The notes under the pieces were generated by a model. It saw nothing but the letters and a program-made list of their open reading frames with translations. It made no database searches and was not told the DNA's origin. A stretch of DNA of 64,000 bases, taken from assembly GCA_035531715.1 (NCBI GenBank), contig DATKSI010000034.1, forward strand, positions 101,177 through 165,176, read 5' to 3'. Source of the stretch: Candidatus Micrarchaeaceae archaeon (GTDB lineage Bacteria > Chloroflexota > Dormibacteria > Aeolococcales > Bog-877). A program made the translations under genes and the position numbers. Below are positions 39,433-48,489 of the stretch, in pieces (within the stretch, counting starts at the first letter, position 1; each line of letters starts with the position of its first letter).

Positions 39433-40365
39433 GTGAGCGTGGGATTTGGCGCGGGGATGACCGCGGCGGACTCGGTGGCGGCCACCAGTGCGCCGGAAGG
39501 CGGCGAAGGCTATGAGACGGGAAGCGTTTGGCGCATGATCCTGGCGGTTTTCTTAGAGAACCGGCTGGCGGTGGTGGGCATTGGACTGATCGTCTTCTTC
39601 ATCCTCTTCTCATTCGCGGGCCCGTTCATCTATCACACGCAGCAGACTTACACCAACCTCAGCATCGAGAATCAGGGTCCTAGTTTGCACCACTTACTGG
39701 GTACCGACGGCGACGGGTACGACAACATCGGGCGGTTGATGCTGGGCGGCCAGACCTCCTTGGAGGTCGGGTTGGCGGCGGCGATCCTGGCGGTTTTCGT
39801 GGGAGTCATCTGGGGCGCGGCCGCCGGACTTGCGGGCGGGATCATCGATGCGGTGATGATGAGAATTGTCGACACCATGCTGGCGATCCCGTTCCTGCTG
39901 CTCCTGATCTTGCTGGGCACGATCTTCACCGTTTCGGTACCGGAGTTAGTCATGGCCATCGCCTTTGTGGCCTGGCTCGGACCCGCTCGCCTGGTGCGCG
40001 GCGAGACCCTGTCGCTAAGGGTTCGGGAGTACGTGCAGGCGGTCAAGGTGATGGGGGGCAGTCAGCGCCGGGTGCTCTTGCGGCACATCATCCCCAACAC
40101 CGTCGGCACGGTGGTGGTCAACGCCACCTTCCAGGTGGCTGACGCCATCATCGCGGTCGCCACCTTGAGCTTCCTCGGCTTCGGAATTGCTCCTCCCGCG
40201 ACCAACTGGGGCCTTCAGCTGTCCAACGGCACAGACTTCGTCTATGCGGGATATTGGTGGTTGATCTACCCGGCAGGTGCCTGCATCGTACTTACCGTGA
40301 TGGCCTTTAACTTCGTTGGTGATGCCATGCGGGATGCCCTCGAGGTACGGCTGCAGAAACGATAG
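39433..40365 (+). CDS. ABC peptide/nickel transporter permease (DppC/OppC-like)
   Basis: HLLGTDGDGYD motif and conserved loop YVQAVKVMGGSQRRVLLRHIIPNTVGTVVV. Confidence 0.9.
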   Translation: MSVGFGAGMTAADSVAATSAPEGGEGYETGSVWRMILAVFLENRLAVVGIGLIVFFILFSFAGPFIYHTQQTYTNLSIENQGPSLHHLLGTDGDGYDNIGRLMLGGQTSLEVGLAAAILAVFVGVIWGAAAGLAGGIIDAVMMRIVDTMLAIPFLLLLILLGTIFTVSVPELVMAIAFVAWLGPARLVRGETLSLRVREYVQAVKVMGGSQRRVLLRHIIPNTVGTVVVNATFQVADAIIAVATLSFLGFGIAPPATNWGLQLSNGTDFVYAGYWWLIYPAGACIVLTVMAFNFVGDAMRDALEVRLQKR

Positions 40366-40406
40366 GGCCCTAGGTTTCGGCAGACCGCGGCCTGGGGAAG
40401 CGGGGG

Positions 40407-41471
40407 TTAGGCGACAGCGCTAACCGCGGATCCGCTAGCTGTCGGCTCCTGGAGAGGGAAGTGGCATGCCGCGAGATGCTGGGGCCCGAACGGGCGCAGT
40501 GGCGGCTCGACTTCTCGGCACACGTCCTGGACGCGGGGACAGCGAGTGTTGAACCGACACCCCACCGGAGGGTTGAGCGCTGAAGGGAGCTCACCTCGAA
40601 TGGGTGAGACGTCCTTGGCCCGCTCCCGCCGGGGGTCCGGCTCGGGGATCGCGTTAATCAGCCCGAGCGTGTACGGGTGGGCTGGCTTGGTGTAGATCGC
40701 CTGACTGGGACCAATCTCCACCAGTTTGCCCAGGTACATCACGCCGATTCGGTCTGAGAGGTACTTGACCACCGAGAGATCGTGGGAGATCACCAGGTAG
40801 GTCAGCCCGTGCACCTTTTGGAGGCTGTTCATCAGGTTGAGGATTTGCGAGCGGATGGAGACGTCCAGCGCCGACACCGGCTCGTCGGCCACGATCAACT
40901 TCGGATTGAGGCTCAGCGCCCGGGCCAGACCGATGCGCTGGCGCTGCCCGCCGGAGAACTCATGAGGGTAGAGATCCACCGACTTGGGGCTGAGCCCGAC
41001 CTCCGAGAGCAACTGACGCACCCGCGCGGTGCGCTCCTCGCGGGTACCGATCTTCTGGACGTTCAGCGGTTCCCTGACAATCGATCCGACCCGCATCCGA
41101 GGATCGAGTGAGGCGTACGGGTCCTGAAAGACAAGCTGCAGATCTCGACGTTGGTGACGGCGGTCGGAGCCGCTGAGTTTCGCAATGTCCCGACCTTCAA
41201 AGAGGATCTCACCCGAGGTGGGCTTTTCCAAGCCGACCAGCAGGCGGCCGACGGTGGTCTTGCCGCAGCCGGACTCTCCCACGAGGCCGAACGTCTCTCC
41301 CTTGCCGATCGAGAAGGAGACGTCAGTCACCGCTTTGATGCTGCCGATCTTGCGCTGCAGAACCGCCCCAGCCGTCACCGGGAACTCCTTGACCAGGTGG
41401 CGTATTTCCACCAGCGGCGGCGCGGGGTCGCTGGCGGAAGTTGCGGCGACGGGGCTAGTGCTCGTCGTCAT
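40407..41471 (-). CDS. ABC peptide transporter ATP-binding protein (DppF/OppF-like)
   Basis: Walker [12 protein letters not shown], signature FSGGQRQRIGLARAL, Walker B LIVADEPVSALD, and C-terminal oligopeptide-type Cys-rich extension (CRFNTRCP...C). Confidence 0.92.
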   Translation of the reverse strand: MTTSTSPVAATSASDPAPPLVEIRHLVKEFPVTAGAVLQRKIGSIKAVTDVSFSIGKGETFGLVGESGCGKTTVGRLLVGLEKPTSGEILFEGRDIAKLSGSDRRHQRRDLQLVFQDPYASLDPRMRVGSIVREPLNVQKIGTREERTARVRQLLSEVGLSPKSVDLYPHEFSGGQRQRIGLARALSLNPKLIVADEPVSALDVSIRSQILNLMNSLQKVHGLTYLVISHDLSVVKYLSDRIGVMYLGKLVEIGPSQAIYTKPAHPYTLGLINAIPEPDPRRERAKDVSPIRGELPSALNPPVGCRFNTRCPRVQDVCREVEPPLRPFGPQHLAACHFPLQEPTASGSAVSAVA

Positions 41472-41514
41472 TTGAGATGAGTGCCCTGAATGTCACTCGC
41501 CGCCGTCGCGGAGT

Positions 41515-42513
41515 TCATGCCGCTCCGCGGTCCAGGCGCTGGTGGGTAGAGACCGGGTTGAAGCAGGCGAACTCGTGGCCGGGGGTGTCCGCTCGCAGCA
41601 AGGGCTCGGATTCATGACACACGGTGGTGGCGTAACGGCAGCGGGGCTGAAAACGACACCAGTCCGGTGGATGAGACAGATCGGGTGGTATGCCAGGGAT
41701 GCTGTACAGCGGGGCGGCTTCATCCTGATCCATTCGGGGAATCGAGGACAGTAGCGCTTCGGTATAGGGATGCCGGGTGCCCTCAAAAAGATCCACGGTT
41801 TGGGCGCTCTCCACGATTTTGCCCGCATACATGACGAGCACCCGATCGGCTCGGCCGGCGATCACCCCCATATCGTGAGTGATCAGCAGGACCGCCATCT
41901 GCAGTCGCTGCTTCAGTTCGTAGAGGAGTTCGAGAATCTGAAGTTGGATGGTGACGTCCAGAGCGGTGGTGGGCTCATCGGCGATTAATAACTTGGGCTC
42001 GCACGAGAGAGCCATCGCGATCATCACCCGCTGACGCAGGCCCCCGGAGAGTTGATGTGGGTAGTCCTTGACTCGTTCCTTGGGCCGGGGCATACCGACC
42101 AGCCCCAGGACCTCTTCGGCGCGCTTCATCGCTTCGACCTTGCTGGCACCGCGGTGGATCCTCACCGATTCAGCGATCTGAACTCCGACCTGCATGGTCG
42201 GGTTGAGCGAGGTCATGGGATCTTGAAAAATGACCGCCACGTCGTTGCCGCGCACCCGACGCAGCTCCCGGTCGGGGAGGCCCACCAGCTCCTTGCCTCC
42301 CAGGCGGATACTTCCGCTGGCGATGTAGCCGCCCGGCGGCAAGAGCTGGACGATGGACATGCCGGTCATGGTTTTGCCGCATCCGGATTCGCCCACCAGC
42401 CCTAGGGTCTCGCCCGCCTCAATCGACAGCGAGACCCCGTCGACCGCCCGCACCTCGCCCTTGCGGAGACGGATGAAAGTCTTGAGGTCGGTGATCTCTA
42501 GAAGTGACGCCAT
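41515..42513 (-). CDS. ABC peptide transporter ATP-binding protein (DppD/OppD-like)
   Basis: ATG 42513 gives [13 protein letters not shown]. Walker [12 protein letters not shown], signature [15 protein letters not shown], and C-terminal CRFQPRCRY motif. The ORF-track extension to 42672 has no protein-like character. Confidence 0.9.
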   Translation of the reverse strand: MASLLEITDLKTFIRLRKGEVRAVDGVSLSIEAGETLGLVGESGCGKTMTGMSIVQLLPPGGYIASGSIRLGGKELVGLPDRELRRVRGNDVAVIFQDPMTSLNPTMQVGVQIAESVRIHRGASKVEAMKRAEEVLGLVGMPRPKERVKDYPHQLSGGLRQRVMIAMALSCEPKLLIADEPTTALDVTIQLQILELLYELKQRLQMAVLLITHDMGVIAGRADRVLVMYAGKIVESAQTVDLFEGTRHPYTEALLSSIPRMDQDEAAPLYSIPGIPPDLSHPPDWCRFQPRCRYATTVCHESEPLLRADTPGHEFACFNPVSTHQRLDRGAA

Positions 42514-42742
42514 CTGCTCAGGTAATCTTACGAGTACACGCGGCTGTGCCCGACCAAAGTGACCGGAGTATACCGGCCTGGTCCAGGAGTCACGGGGCAA
42601 TACCCGTCCCAGGCGGATTAGTCCGGCACCTGAGCGGTGTCCTGAGGTTGAGCGGACGAAGGGTTCCAGCAACGATCCGCGCTTTCTCAGCGATTATTTC
42701 CCTAGCCCGGGGCACCGCGTCGATCGGGGCCTTTTCCATCAC

Positions 42743-43066
42743 TTAGGTCAGGCTCTCAGCCCCTTCAGTCTCGCCCGCCGCCTGCTCCGGGGCCACCCAG
42801 GGCAGCTCTTCATCGAATCCTTGAAGCTGGTCCAAGGGAGGGCGGAGGCCACGTCCATCGTACTGGCGGATCAGCCACCGGGCATCCCGCCGCCGGGCGA
42901 ACTCGGTCGGTTGCTCATTCGCGGCGAATAACCCAAGGTGAATCTCGGTGCGGCACCGGTCACCCTGGTGGTCTAGGAGCTGCCCCACCCGACCCAACGG
43001 ATCTCGCTGCTGCGCTCGCCGGGGCGAGGCGGTTCCCAGACGCCCAGGCCGACCTGGCGGCGACAC
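42743..43066 (-). CDS. Hypothetical protein (weak call)
   Basis: Only the C-terminal two thirds (IHLGLFAANEQPTEFARRRDARWLIRQYDGRGLRPPLDQLQGFDEELPWV) looks protein-like. An internal GTG (VGQLLDH) could be the real start. No family recognised. Confidence 0.3.
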   Translation of the reverse strand: MSPPGRPGRLGTASPRRAQQRDPLGRVGQLLDHQGDRCRTEIHLGLFAANEQPTEFARRRDARWLIRQYDGRGLRPPLDQLQGFDEELPWVAPEQAAGETEGAESLT

Positions 43067-43261
43067 CCTGGGCGGCCGGCCCGGGTGCCTCTACCGCGAC
43101 CGAGATGAATCCCCCGCCTGCGACCGGCTCTTGGTGCACTTGGTGGGGAAGGTGGTGCAACTGGCCATCCGGCGGCTGCCGACCCCGGGAGAGATCACGC
43201 GCCTGGCGGACAAATAGCTATAGGCTTGGCTCGATCTTCAGCGCTGGCTTGGAGGCGGCCC

Positions 43262-44374
43262 ATGAAAGCCATCGTCACGACGCCCGGGAGGAAGGGCAGT
43301 GTCCGGCTGGGAGAGATCTCCGATCCCTCGGGGGCCGGAATGGTCCAAGGCGCGGACGGGAAGCCAGCTACGCCGGTTGAGGTAGAGGTGGTCGAGGTCG
43401 GGGTCTGCGGCACCGATCTGGAGATTGCCAGCGACGGCTACGGCGCCGCTCCGCCGGGTCGAGACAGCTTGGTGCTCGGCCACGAGAACTTGGGCCGGGT
43501 GCTCTCCGCCCCGGAAGGGGTGGAGTTGCAAAAGGGCCAGCTCGTGGTGGCCACGGTGCGGCGTCCCTGTCCGGAGCGGTGTCCACCCTGCGCCGCCGGC
43601 CAGAGTGACGACTGTCTGACCGGCAATTACACCGAGCGGGGGATCAAGGGCCGCGACGGCTACATGGCCGAGCGCTACCTGGAATCCAGCGACTTCCTGA
43701 TCCCACTTCCCTCGACAGTCAGCAAAGTCGGTGTCCTGATGGAGCCGAGCAGCATCGTCGAGAAGGGGCTGATCCAGGCCTTCAGCATTCAGCGGGGCCG
43801 GATGCCCTGGGAACCCAAGCAGGCACTGGTGTGCGGCGCTGGGGCGGTCGGCCTGCTGGCCGCGATCTTCCTCCGCTTGCGCGACCTGGAGGTGAGCGTG
43901 GTCGCCAAGTCCGATCCGGACTCCCCTTCCTTCAAGGTCGCGCGGGCGATCGGGGCTCAGCTGCTGGACGCAGATCAACACCCGGTCGCCCGGATGCCAA
44001 ATGAGCTGGGCCATATCGATCTGATTTTCGAAGCTACCGGGGCGTCGTCGGTAGCTATGGACGCGATCGCCGCCACCGGCCACAACGGGGTCTGCTGCCT
44101 CAGCTCGGTGACCGCCGGGATGCGCACGATCACCGTGGACTCGGACTCGCTCAATCTGGACATGGTGCTCGGCAACAAGCTGGTGTTCGGCACCGTCAAC
44201 GCCAACCGTCGCCACTTTGAAGCGGCGGCGCGGATGCTGGGTGCGGCGGTGCGCAAGTGGCCCGGGGTGCTGGAGCAGATCATCACCCGACGGGTTCCAG
44301 TGGACCAGTTCGCCACCGCCTTCAGCCGCCGGCCCGACGACATCAAGACGGTGATCACCTTTTCCGGGAGTTGA
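43262..44374 (+). CDS. Zinc-dependent medium-chain dehydrogenase, archaeal-type glucose 1-dehydrogenase-like
   Basis: MKAIVTTPG start, catalytic Zn motifs GVCGTDLEI and LGHENLG, structural Zn cysteine cluster RRPCPERCPPCAAGQSDDC, and Rossmann VCGAGAVGLL. Confidence 0.8.
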   Translation: MKAIVTTPGRKGSVRLGEISDPSGAGMVQGADGKPATPVEVEVVEVGVCGTDLEIASDGYGAAPPGRDSLVLGHENLGRVLSAPEGVELQKGQLVVATVRRPCPERCPPCAAGQSDDCLTGNYTERGIKGRDGYMAERYLESSDFLIPLPSTVSKVGVLMEPSSIVEKGLIQAFSIQRGRMPWEPKQALVCGAGAVGLLAAIFLRLRDLEVSVVAKSDPDSPSFKVARAIGAQLLDADQHPVARMPNELGHIDLIFEATGASSVAMDAIAATGHNGVCCLSSVTAGMRTITVDSDSLNLDMVLGNKLVFGTVNANRRHFEAAARMLGAAVRKWPGVLEQIITRRVPVDQFATAFSRRPDDIKTVITFSGS

Positions 44375-44379
44375 AGTTG

Positions 44380-45513
44380 ATGTTCCCCCAGTCCAGAGGC
44401 CGGTTCAGCCGCCAGGCGCACTGTGATCTTCCCGAAGGTACCTACGAGGAGGAGTTCGGCCGCCAGGGCTTCTTTGGCCCCGCCTCGCACCTGTACCACG
44501 CCCACGCCCCCACCGAGTGGTTACGGATCGAGGGTCCCCTGCGGCCGCGCGCCTACGACCTCCACCGGGTCGAAGCCCCCGATGCCGAGGACCCCCGAGC
44601 CGCTTTGACCCCGGTCCTGGGTAACGAGGACCTGCGCCTCAAGCTCTCGCGGCGGACCGAAGCCATGCCCTACGCCTATCGCAACGCCGACGCTGACCTG
44701 ATCTACTTTGTGCATCGCGGCGCCGGGGAGATGACGACCGACTTCGGCGGACTTGCTTACGAGCAGGGCGATTACCTGGTGCTGCCCCGAGGGACCACTC
44801 ATCGAATCTTTCCCCAGGGGGAGGAGAGCTTCCTCTTGGTTATCGCCGCTAGCGAGATGCCCGAACTGCCGGCCTCCGACCGGATGGGCCAGCATTCCCC
44901 CTTTGACCGGGCAGTTCTACGGCTCCCCGATCTTCCGCTGCGGGGAGGACCACCCAATGCTGCCGGCGAATGGGAGCTGGTGATCGAGCGCGAGGGGCAG
45001 TGGACCCGGGTGTTCTACCCCTTTGATCCGATCGACACGGTTGGCTGGAAGGGAGATCTCAGCGCCTTTGCCCTGAACGTGCGGGACATCCGACCGGTCA
45101 CCTCGGGACGGTTCCACCTCCCCCCCTCTGTCCACACCACCTTTAAGACCTCGGGCTTCGTGCTCTGCACCTTCGCGCCTCGCCGGATCGAGGGCATCGA
45201 CGACGAGGGGGCCGTGCGGCTCCCCTTCTACCACCGCAACATTGACTACGACGAAGTCCTCTTCTACCACGCCGGTCAGTTCATGAGCCGAGCGGGAATC
45301 GATGCCGGAATGATGACCTGGCACCCCCAGGGGATCCACCATGGTCCCCAGCCCAAGGCGGTGGAGCGGGACCGCCAGCGGACCAAGACGCACCATGACG
45401 AGGTGGCGGTCATGATCGACGCGGTCCGACCCTTGCACCCCTTAGCCGGGGCCGAGCAGGCGGAGATCGCGGAGTACGCCGAGTCTTGGATGCCACAGAT
45501 AGACGACGACTGA
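44380..45513 (+). CDS. Homogentisate 1,2-dioxygenase family protein (short form)
   Basis: N-terminus CDLPEGTYEEEFGRQGFFGPASHLYH, cupin core, and iron-ligand region FYHRNIDYDE...WHPQGIHHGP. ATG 44380 lies 5 nt after the upstream stop. Confidence 0.8.
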   Translation: MFPQSRGRFSRQAHCDLPEGTYEEEFGRQGFFGPASHLYHAHAPTEWLRIEGPLRPRAYDLHRVEAPDAEDPRAALTPVLGNEDLRLKLSRRTEAMPYAYRNADADLIYFVHRGAGEMTTDFGGLAYEQGDYLVLPRGTTHRIFPQGEESFLLVIAASEMPELPASDRMGQHSPFDRAVLRLPDLPLRGGPPNAAGEWELVIEREGQWTRVFYPFDPIDTVGWKGDLSAFALNVRDIRPVTSGRFHLPPSVHTTFKTSGFVLCTFAPRRIEGIDDEGAVRLPFYHRNIDYDEVLFYHAGQFMSRAGIDAGMMTWHPQGIHHGPQPKAVERDRQRTKTHHDEVAVMIDAVRPLHPLAGAEQAEIAEYAESWMPQIDDD

Positions 45514-45522
45514 GCAGCTGAG

Positions 45523-46560
45523 ATGCGCCTCGCCACGGTCGGGATCCTGACTGCCCTCGGATTAACTCCGCGAGTCGTGGCCGAGGTCAAAGATCACGAG
45601 TCGGGCGCCCCTCGGCTGGTGGATCTGACCGCCGCTGGGGAGCTGTGGTGGGCGGAGCAGGGATCCGGAGACCCGATGCGCTGGGCGGCGGCGACGTTCC
45701 CTCCCTCCCTGACCACCTTGCTGGGGGGTGGCCGCCGGGGGTTGGAGATGGCGCGGGAGGCGATCGAGCTGGCCTCCGGGCAACCCTCCGGGCGGCTGGC
45801 GCCTTCTGGAAGTCGGCTGCGCTACCGGCCAGACGAGGTGGAGCGGTTGCCCCTGCTTCGACCGCCGATGATCCGTGATTTTTACGCCTTCGAAGAGCAT
45901 GTGGCGGCCGGGGCCCGCCGCCGCGAGGAGGCGATCCCCGAGCCCTGGTACCGCCGTCCGGTCTACTACAAAGGCAACCCAGCGACCCTGCTGGCTCCCG
46001 GGGCGGAGGTTCCATGGCCCGCCTACACGGACTCTCTCGATTACGAACTGGAGGTGGCCTGCGTGCTCCTCTCCGGCGGCCGCGATCTGACCCTGGCGGC
46101 GGCTGCCGAAGCTATCGCCGGGTACGCCGTCTTTTGTGACTTCTCGGCCCGCGATATTCAGGCGGATGAGATGAAGGTGCGGCTGGGCCCAGCCAAGTCC
46201 AAGGACTTCGCCTCGGGGCTGGGGCCGTGGCTGGTCACCGCCGACGAGGTGGGTGATCCGGGCCAGCTCCGGGTCAGCGCGTTCCTCAACGGCGAGCAGG
46301 TCGCCCTGGCCCGGCTGGGCGAGGCCCGCTGGTCCTTCCCAGAGATGGTCTCTTACGCCTCCGGCGCAGAACCGCTGGAAGCTGGCGAGGTGCTGGCCAG
46401 CGGAACCGTGGGTGGTGGCAGTGGCCAGGAGCGAGGTCGGCTGCTCGAGCCGGGTGATCGAATCGAGTGTGAGTTGGAGGGAGTCGGCCGGCTGGTTCAT
46501 GTGATCGGGCCCCGGCATGGGGGCGGGGGCCAGCTGGTGCCGAAGCCGCCCCCGAGCTGA
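45523..46560 (+). CDS. Fumarylacetoacetate hydrolase (FAH) family protein
   Basis: FAH-fold C-terminal domain motifs LDYELEVACVL, GYAVFCDFSARDIQ, KDFASGLGPW and ASGTVGGGSG. Confidence 0.82.
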   Translation: MRLATVGILTALGLTPRVVAEVKDHESGAPRLVDLTAAGELWWAEQGSGDPMRWAAATFPPSLTTLLGGGRRGLEMAREAIELASGQPSGRLAPSGSRLRYRPDEVERLPLLRPPMIRDFYAFEEHVAAGARRREEAIPEPWYRRPVYYKGNPATLLAPGAEVPWPAYTDSLDYELEVACVLLSGGRDLTLAAAAEAIAGYAVFCDFSARDIQADEMKVRLGPAKSKDFASGLGPWLVTADEVGDPGQLRVSAFLNGEQVALARLGEARWSFPEMVSYASGAEPLEAGEVLASGTVGGGSGQERGRLLEPGDRIECELEGVGRLVHVIGPRHGGGGQLVPKPPPS

Positions 46561-46590
46561 GTGACGGCACAGGCTACAATCGGGATCCCG

Positions 46591-46620
46591 GGGAGCGGTA
46601 GCTCGCCCGCTCCCGATTTC
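46591..46620 (+). other. Hairpin between the FAH-family gene and infA (possible terminator or leader structure)
   Basis: 8-bp stem GGGAGCGG (46591-46598) / CCGCTCCC (46607-46614), followed by GATTTC. A TACAAT hexamer lies at 46575-46580. Confidence 0.35.
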
Positions 46621-46637
46621 GAACCGGAGGTCGCAAT

Positions 46638-46934
46638 TTGGCAAGACGCTCGATGGGTGGCCGCGCTCGCCGCGGCCCATCGCGCCCGCGCGTCTCACGG
46701 GCAACTCCAGTCGAGGAGCAGAAGGAGGAGACCATCGAGATCGAGGGCACCGTGGTCGAGCCCTTGCCCAACGCACAGTTCCGGGTTGAGCTACAAACCG
46801 GCCAGACGGTTCTCGCCTACATCTCGGGCAAGATGCGCAAGCACTACATCAGGACTTTGATCGGAGACAAGGTCAAGGTCGAGCTAAGTCCCTACGACCT
46901 GACCCGGGGCCGGATCACCTTCCGCTACAAGTAG
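46638..46934 (+). CDS. infA: Translation initiation factor IF-1 with an apparent Arg-rich N-terminal extension
   Basis: C-terminal 68 aa ([65 protein letters not shown]) are canonical IF-1. GGAGG lies 7 nt upstream of TTG 46638. No ATG/GTG/TTG exists at the canonical position. Confidence 0.85.
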   Translation: MARRSMGGRARRGPSRPRVSRATPVEEQKEETIEIEGTVVEPLPNAQFRVELQTGQTVLAYISGKMRKHYIRTLIGDKVKVELSPYDLTRGRITFRYK

Positions 46935-47875
46935 TCGCGACCCCGCTCGAGGAAGTAGGCGACCGTGCTCCGGAGCCCTTCGGAGAGCCCCACCCGGGCG
47001 GTCCAGTCCAGCTGCGACTTGGCCAATGAGCAGTCCAAGCAACTCCGCCGCTGCTCGCCGTCGCGGGCAGGTCCGGAGCGCGATGGGGGAGTCGGACCAC
47101 CGTCAGGGCGCAGTTCTGCGACCGCTCGGGCCAACTGCCCAGCCACCTCATTCACGCTGGTCTCCCGGCCGGTGCCGATGTTGTACTGACCGAGCGGTCC
47201 TCGAATCGCCCGGATCGCCGCCTCCACTAGATCGTCGACGTAGATGTAGTCGCGGGATTGCCGGCCATCGCCGTTGATCACTGGGGGCTGTCCCGCCAGG
47301 AGTTGACGCGTGAAGATGGCGATCACCCCAGCCTCGCCGTCGGGGTCTTGGCGGGGGCCGTAGACGTTTCCCGGCCGAAGCACGGAGCTTTCGAGCCCGA
47401 AGGAGGTAGAAAAGGACCTTAGATACGCCTCGCCGGCCGCCTTGGCGGCCCCGTAAGGGGAGGCTGGTCGCCAGGGATGGGACTCCGGGGTGGGGATAAT
47501 CTCGGTGTCTCCGTAGAGGGCGCCTCCCGAAGACATGAAGACGAACCGACCGACTGAGGTTCGCGAGGCAGCCTCCAGCAGCCGCACCGTTCCCAGGACA
47601 TTGATCTCCGCATCGTGGAGGGGATCGCTGACCGACTGGCGGACGTCGATCTGGGCCGCCAGATGGAAGACCACCTCGGGGCGTTCCTGAGCCATCACCG
47701 GTCCGACCTCCGAGCCGGCGATGCTCAGTTGGTAGAAGCGGGCCTGCTCGGAAACCTGTTCCCGGTGGCCGCGGCTGAGGTCATCGAGCACCGCCACGTC
47801 ATGCCCTTCCCCAAGCAGCCGATCGGTGAGATGGCTGCCGATGAAGCCGGCCCCGCCCGTGACCATGATTCTCAT
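46925..47875 (-). CDS. NAD-dependent epimerase/dehydratase (GalE-like extended SDR)
   Basis: [12 protein letters not shown] Rossmann motif and catalytic YGAAK (YxxxK). Its 3' end overlaps the infA 3' end by 10 nt. Confidence 0.88.
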   Translation of the reverse strand: MRIMVTGGAGFIGSHLTDRLLGEGHDVAVLDDLSRGHREQVSEQARFYQLSIAGSEVGPVMAQERPEVVFHLAAQIDVRQSVSDPLHDAEINVLGTVRLLEAASRTSVGRFVFMSSGGALYGDTEIIPTPESHPWRPASPYGAAKAAGEAYLRSFSTSFGLESSVLRPGNVYGPRQDPDGEAGVIAIFTRQLLAGQPPVINGDGRQSRDYIYVDDLVEAAIRAIRGPLGQYNIGTGRETSVNEVAGQLARAVAELRPDGGPTPPSRSGPARDGEQRRSCLDCSLAKSQLDWTARVGLSEGLRSTVAYFLERGRDYL

Positions 47876-48489
47876 CCGGCATGCTTCTCCGGGGGGGTCT
47901 GGGCTGATCCCCCGGGCTGGCGCCGGCGCTTGGGCGGGTGTCCTTCCTCGGGCCCGACTCGGTCAAGCAGCCCATTCCGGGGGCTGCGCAGTCGGCGGCT
48001 CATCCCCTCCCGATCCCGGCGGGACTGGACATCCGCCAGGCGGAGCTGCCGGCCAGACTTTCCGGCGGCGACCGAATTGGCCCGTTCCAGGGGCGGACGG
48101 GTGTCCCAGCGGCGCACATAGAAGGCACCCTTGAGCGCGGTGTAGGGGATGGCACAGATCTTGTGCTCACGACTCTTGGCGTCGATGATGTCCCATATCG
48201 AGCCGAATCTTTGCAGGGAGGCGGGAGTCACCACGTGGGCCCGCAGCACCTGGCCATCGATGAAGTGCAGGGCCACGCGAGCGAGCCGCCTCAGGTCGAC
48301 CTGATCCCCCAGCTGGACGACCTTGGTGAGGTCGATCTGGCGCAATCCACTCACCGGAAGAAGGGCCTGGCGGGCGTTGCCGTCCAGAGTGTGCAGATCC
48401 AGGTCCACGAAGGGGTCGTCCATGTGCAGCGCGGGAAGTTCGCCGTAGAGGACTTCGCCGTCCAAGAAGGACACGACCACTTCGGGCAC
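47872..48489 (-). CDS. Hypothetical protein with internally duplicated beta-rich module and basic disordered tail
   Basis: ATGA overlap with the epimerase start. Two similar modules: VVVSFLDGEVLYGEL...ALLPVSGLRQIDL and VALHFIDGQVLRAHV...CAIPYTALKGAFYV. The C-terminus is rich in R/P/G. Confidence 0.6.
   Translation of the reverse strand: MPEVVVSFLDGEVLYGELPALHMDDPFVDLDLHTLDGNARQALLPVSGLRQIDLTKVVQLGDQVDLRRLARVALHFIDGQVLRAHVVTPASLQRFGSIWDIIDAKSREHKICAIPYTALKGAFYVRRWDTRPPLERANSVAAGKSGRQLRLADVQSRRDREGMSRRLRSPRNGLLDRVGPEEGHPPKRRRQPGGSAQTPPEKHAG

Noticed and set aside
42948-43217. 89-aa + strand ORF overlapping the weak - strand hypothetical (42743-43066) upstream of the MDR dehydrogenase.
   Set aside because: Only its last ~30 codons look coding-like, and it has no SD. 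Neither strand can be preferred with confidence. The - strand ORF is reported at low confidence and this one is dropped.
47872-48489. Calling the duplicated-module protein a PilZ domain protein.
   Set aside because: Only an RxxxR-like string (RRLAR) is present. The D/NxSxxG half of the PilZ signature is absent. The idea is kept as a context-based hypothesis only.
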